Source: an uncultured Christensenella sp. (GTDB taxonomy: Bacteria; Bacillota; Clostridia; Christensenellales; UBA1242). From it: a stretch of DNA of 64,000 bases. Below: more notes on the stretch, generated by a model. The model was not told the origin of the DNA. It saw only the letters and a program-made list of their open reading frames with translations, and searched no databases. The stretch is not shown here. The stretch spans positions 19,569 through 83,568 of the forward strand of contig CAJJUK010000002.1 in assembly GCA_905195085.1 (NCBI GenBank), in the 5' to 3' direction. The stretch's first letter is position 1.

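Noticed and set aside
28196-63963. Dozens of 60-197 aa ORFs in other frames or on the plus strand within the giant gene (e.g. 48647-49240, 50143-50562, 53381-53785, 63331-63729)
   Set aside because: They are by-products of a 35.8-kb coding repeat. Their mutual similarity (e.g. 63331-63729 versus 63733-63963) simply mirrors the DNA repeats. None has start or SD context, and all are embedded in the single long frame.
28196-64000. The periodic repeats could be a CRISPR array or non-coding satellite
   Set aside because: Repeat units are 200-300 nt, diverged and in frame, and they lie in one open reading frame with protein-level conservation (GY.F.GW...LYA.W). There is no short repeat/spacer structure and no cas genes.
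1-64000. Alternative genetic code (TGA=Trp, Mollicutes code 4)
   Set aside because: All conserved Trp positions in GlpK and the other enzymes are TGG. Long family-typical ORFs are intact under the standard code, and TGA ends ORFs at sensible places (e.g. the GNAT at 19120-19122).

Overview
AT-rich bacterial chromosomal window read with the standard genetic code: conserved Trp positions are TGG and TGA terminates ORFs. Gene content suggests a low-GC Bacillota/Mollicutes-like organism, but this is inference and no searches were run.

Positions 1-28,100 hold about 30 tightly packed genes:
- An edge-truncated polytopic membrane protein that the ORF track missed.
- uvrC and tRNA-Arg(ACG).
- A two-gene SufC/SufBD pair.
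- An LRR + transglutaminase-like protein and a beta-helix lipoprotein.
- An inositol monophosphatase-family enzyme, glycerate kinase and a C69 dipeptidase.
- An operon of ABC-2 exporter, polysaccharide pyruvyl transferase and FrhB-like 4Fe-4S protein.
- A DUF2188 protein and two GNAT acetyltransferases. One GNAT is flanked by ~84-bp direct repeats copied from the 3' end of the neighbouring gene.
- A divergent glycerol/glycerolipid cluster: a GlpA-like trio facing glpK, a lipase-like hydrolase and a YhhN lysoplasmalogenase-like protein.
- tmk, and a DapB-like oxidoreductase with a Cys/His/Asp-rich tail.

Positions 28,196-64,000 (56% of the window) are one uninterrupted minus-strand reading frame of at least 11,934 codons, and its 5' end lies beyond the window. 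It encodes a giant modular surface protein of roughly 130 beta-rich modules (InlB-B/Listeria-Bacteroides repeats, divergent InlB-B repeats, MucBP-like modules).
- It ends in a hydrophobic helix plus basic tail with no LPXTG motif.
- It shows hierarchical segmental duplications.
- It contains a 116/118-nt identical in-frame island between two paralogous modules.
- It carries one non-repeat ~105-aa insertion.

This gene is the main finding. No CRISPR array, rRNA, transposase, integrase or recognisable defence genes were seen.
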